A stretch of 64,000 bases of DNA from Phoronis australis (taxonomy: Eukaryota; Animalia; Phoronida). Positions 62,698 to 64,000 of this stretch are shown here, piece by piece (position 1 is the stretch's first letter; each line of letters opens with the position of its first letter). A model generated the notes under the pieces. It was not told the DNA's origin and searched no databases. It saw only the letters and a list, made by a program, of their open reading frames with translations. Made by a program: the position numbers and the translations under genes. The stretch spans positions 280,015 through 344,014 of the forward strand of contig NMRA01000203.1 in the NCBI GenBank assembly GCA_002633005.1. Reading direction: 5' to 3'.

Positions 62698-64000
62698 TCT
62701 CGGTCAAGCAACATGAGTTCTATGGACCACTGGGTGTCTACTGACAGAATGGCCTACATTTCATCCATCCGGGAGAAGAAATCATCCAGAGAAATTGAGA
62801 GATGTCGGAGAAAGTTGAAGGGAAAAGACAAGAACGATCCATCTGATGCTCTGAAGTTTGCTATTTTGTACAACCATACGGTAGGTGTCTCTACTTACTA
62901 GCCACTGCAGTAAAATGCGTAAGTCGGATCCAAATGGACGTAGAGATTCTACACGTTGCTCTTGTTTATATTTACTTACTGGTGACAACTTATTTATCCG
63001 AAGAAGTTACAATTTTTATTTGCATGCAGGGTTTCAGTACAACGAATGGTCAAAATCAAAAGTTATTCTTTGTCACAGAAACATGGTTCATATCGGCTTC
63101 AATTAGTTTAAAGGTTAATGTTTTGTAAACTACATAATTTGTCATCAGTGTGAATTTGCTAAAATAATAATAATAATATGGTTTATTTCATGTAACATGC
63201 CTCTGGCTCACATTACATGTAACAGGCCTCCGGTCCACATTACATGTAACAGGCCTCCGGTCCACATTACATGTAACAGGCCTCCGGTCCACATTACATG
63301 TAACAGGCCTCCGGTCCACATTACATGTAACAGGCCTCCGGTCCACATTACATGTAACAGGCCTCCGGACCACATTACATGTAACAGGCCTCCGGTCCAC
63401 ATTACATGTAACAAGCCTCCGGTCCACATTACATGTAACGGGCCTCCGGTCCACATTACATGTAACAGGCCTCCGGTCGACATTACTTGTAACAGGCCTC
63501 CGGCTCACATTTCATGTAACAGGCCTCCGGCTCACATTACAAATATATAGTACATAGAGAGTACAAGATTTTTAGATTATTTTCTGTGGTAAGGTTGATC
63601 ATACAATGTGATTAGTTTTCACAGTTGATGAAAAAGCTTGGATTGGAATGACTCCGCTCTGCTCCTACCCTCCCTTCTGTCTCACTTTTGATTGACCTAA
63701 GTCAAAACATAATGTATCATGTGATAAGCATTGATGAGCTGTATTTAATTGGATAAACCTTGCTATTGTTGGTATTCTTGTTTGATTGTAGAAATACTGT
63801 GAGTTCGTCTTGAAGAAGTTTGGAATAAAGGCCTTGTCAGACAAACATGTCTGTTGTCCTCTTATCATGTTGGCAGTTAGGCTGGATTATTCTGAGATAG
63901 TTCGCCTTATATGCAAATATGGCCAGAAGATTGATTTCACCAAGTTTGATCACCCGTTCAGTCCAGAGCGCCGTTACTATGTGGATGCTCCAGGCTGTCT
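62698..64000 (+). CDS. Ankyrin-repeat protein, 5' exons, runs off the window
   Basis: Exon 62698-62880 (ATG 62713, ttttcag|...|gtaggt) joins in phase to exon 63792->64000 (gattgtag|): DALKFAILYNHT|KYCEFVLKKFG...CPLIMLAVRLDYSEIVRLICKYGQ, two ankyrin-like helix pairs. Confidence 0.7.
63190..63540. repeat. 27-bp minisatellite, about 12-13 copies, intronic
   Basis: cacattacatgtaacaggcctccggtc, containing the palindromes ttacatgtaa and aggcct. Confidence 0.95.

Noticed and set aside
63188-63550. Repetitive ORFs on both strands (RRPVTCNVD / HITCNRPPV)
   Set aside because: Products of a stop-free 27-bp minisatellite inside an intron.

Overview
AT-rich, intron-rich animal (probably invertebrate) genomic DNA from a draft assembly with N gaps and apparent haplotype overlaps. 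I spliced by hand a head-to-head gene pair: SDE2 (minus strand, 7 coding exons, about 390 aa) and TATDN3 (plus strand, 9 coding exons, about 272 aa), with ATGs 178 bp apart. The window also holds the 3' part of an unidentified disordered protein gene with SIM-like motifs (0.4-23 kb), the 5' part of an ankyrin-repeat gene (62.7-64 kb) and an orphan ORF at 53 kb. The rest is transposon debris (CR1/L2 and Tx1/L1 fragments, Helentron-type non-autonomous elements, a decayed Academ-like element, MITEs, tRNA-like heads) and minisatellites. The most unusual object is a 929-bp Penelope-derived unit in SDE2 intron 4. It is an open GIY-YIG nuclease ORF between 263-bp inverted arms with a 12-bp target-site-like duplication. 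Each arm carries a minimal U3-A8-variant hammerhead ribozyme, and only the copy in the host-mRNA sense has a core mutation. All calls come from manual reading; no database searches were run.
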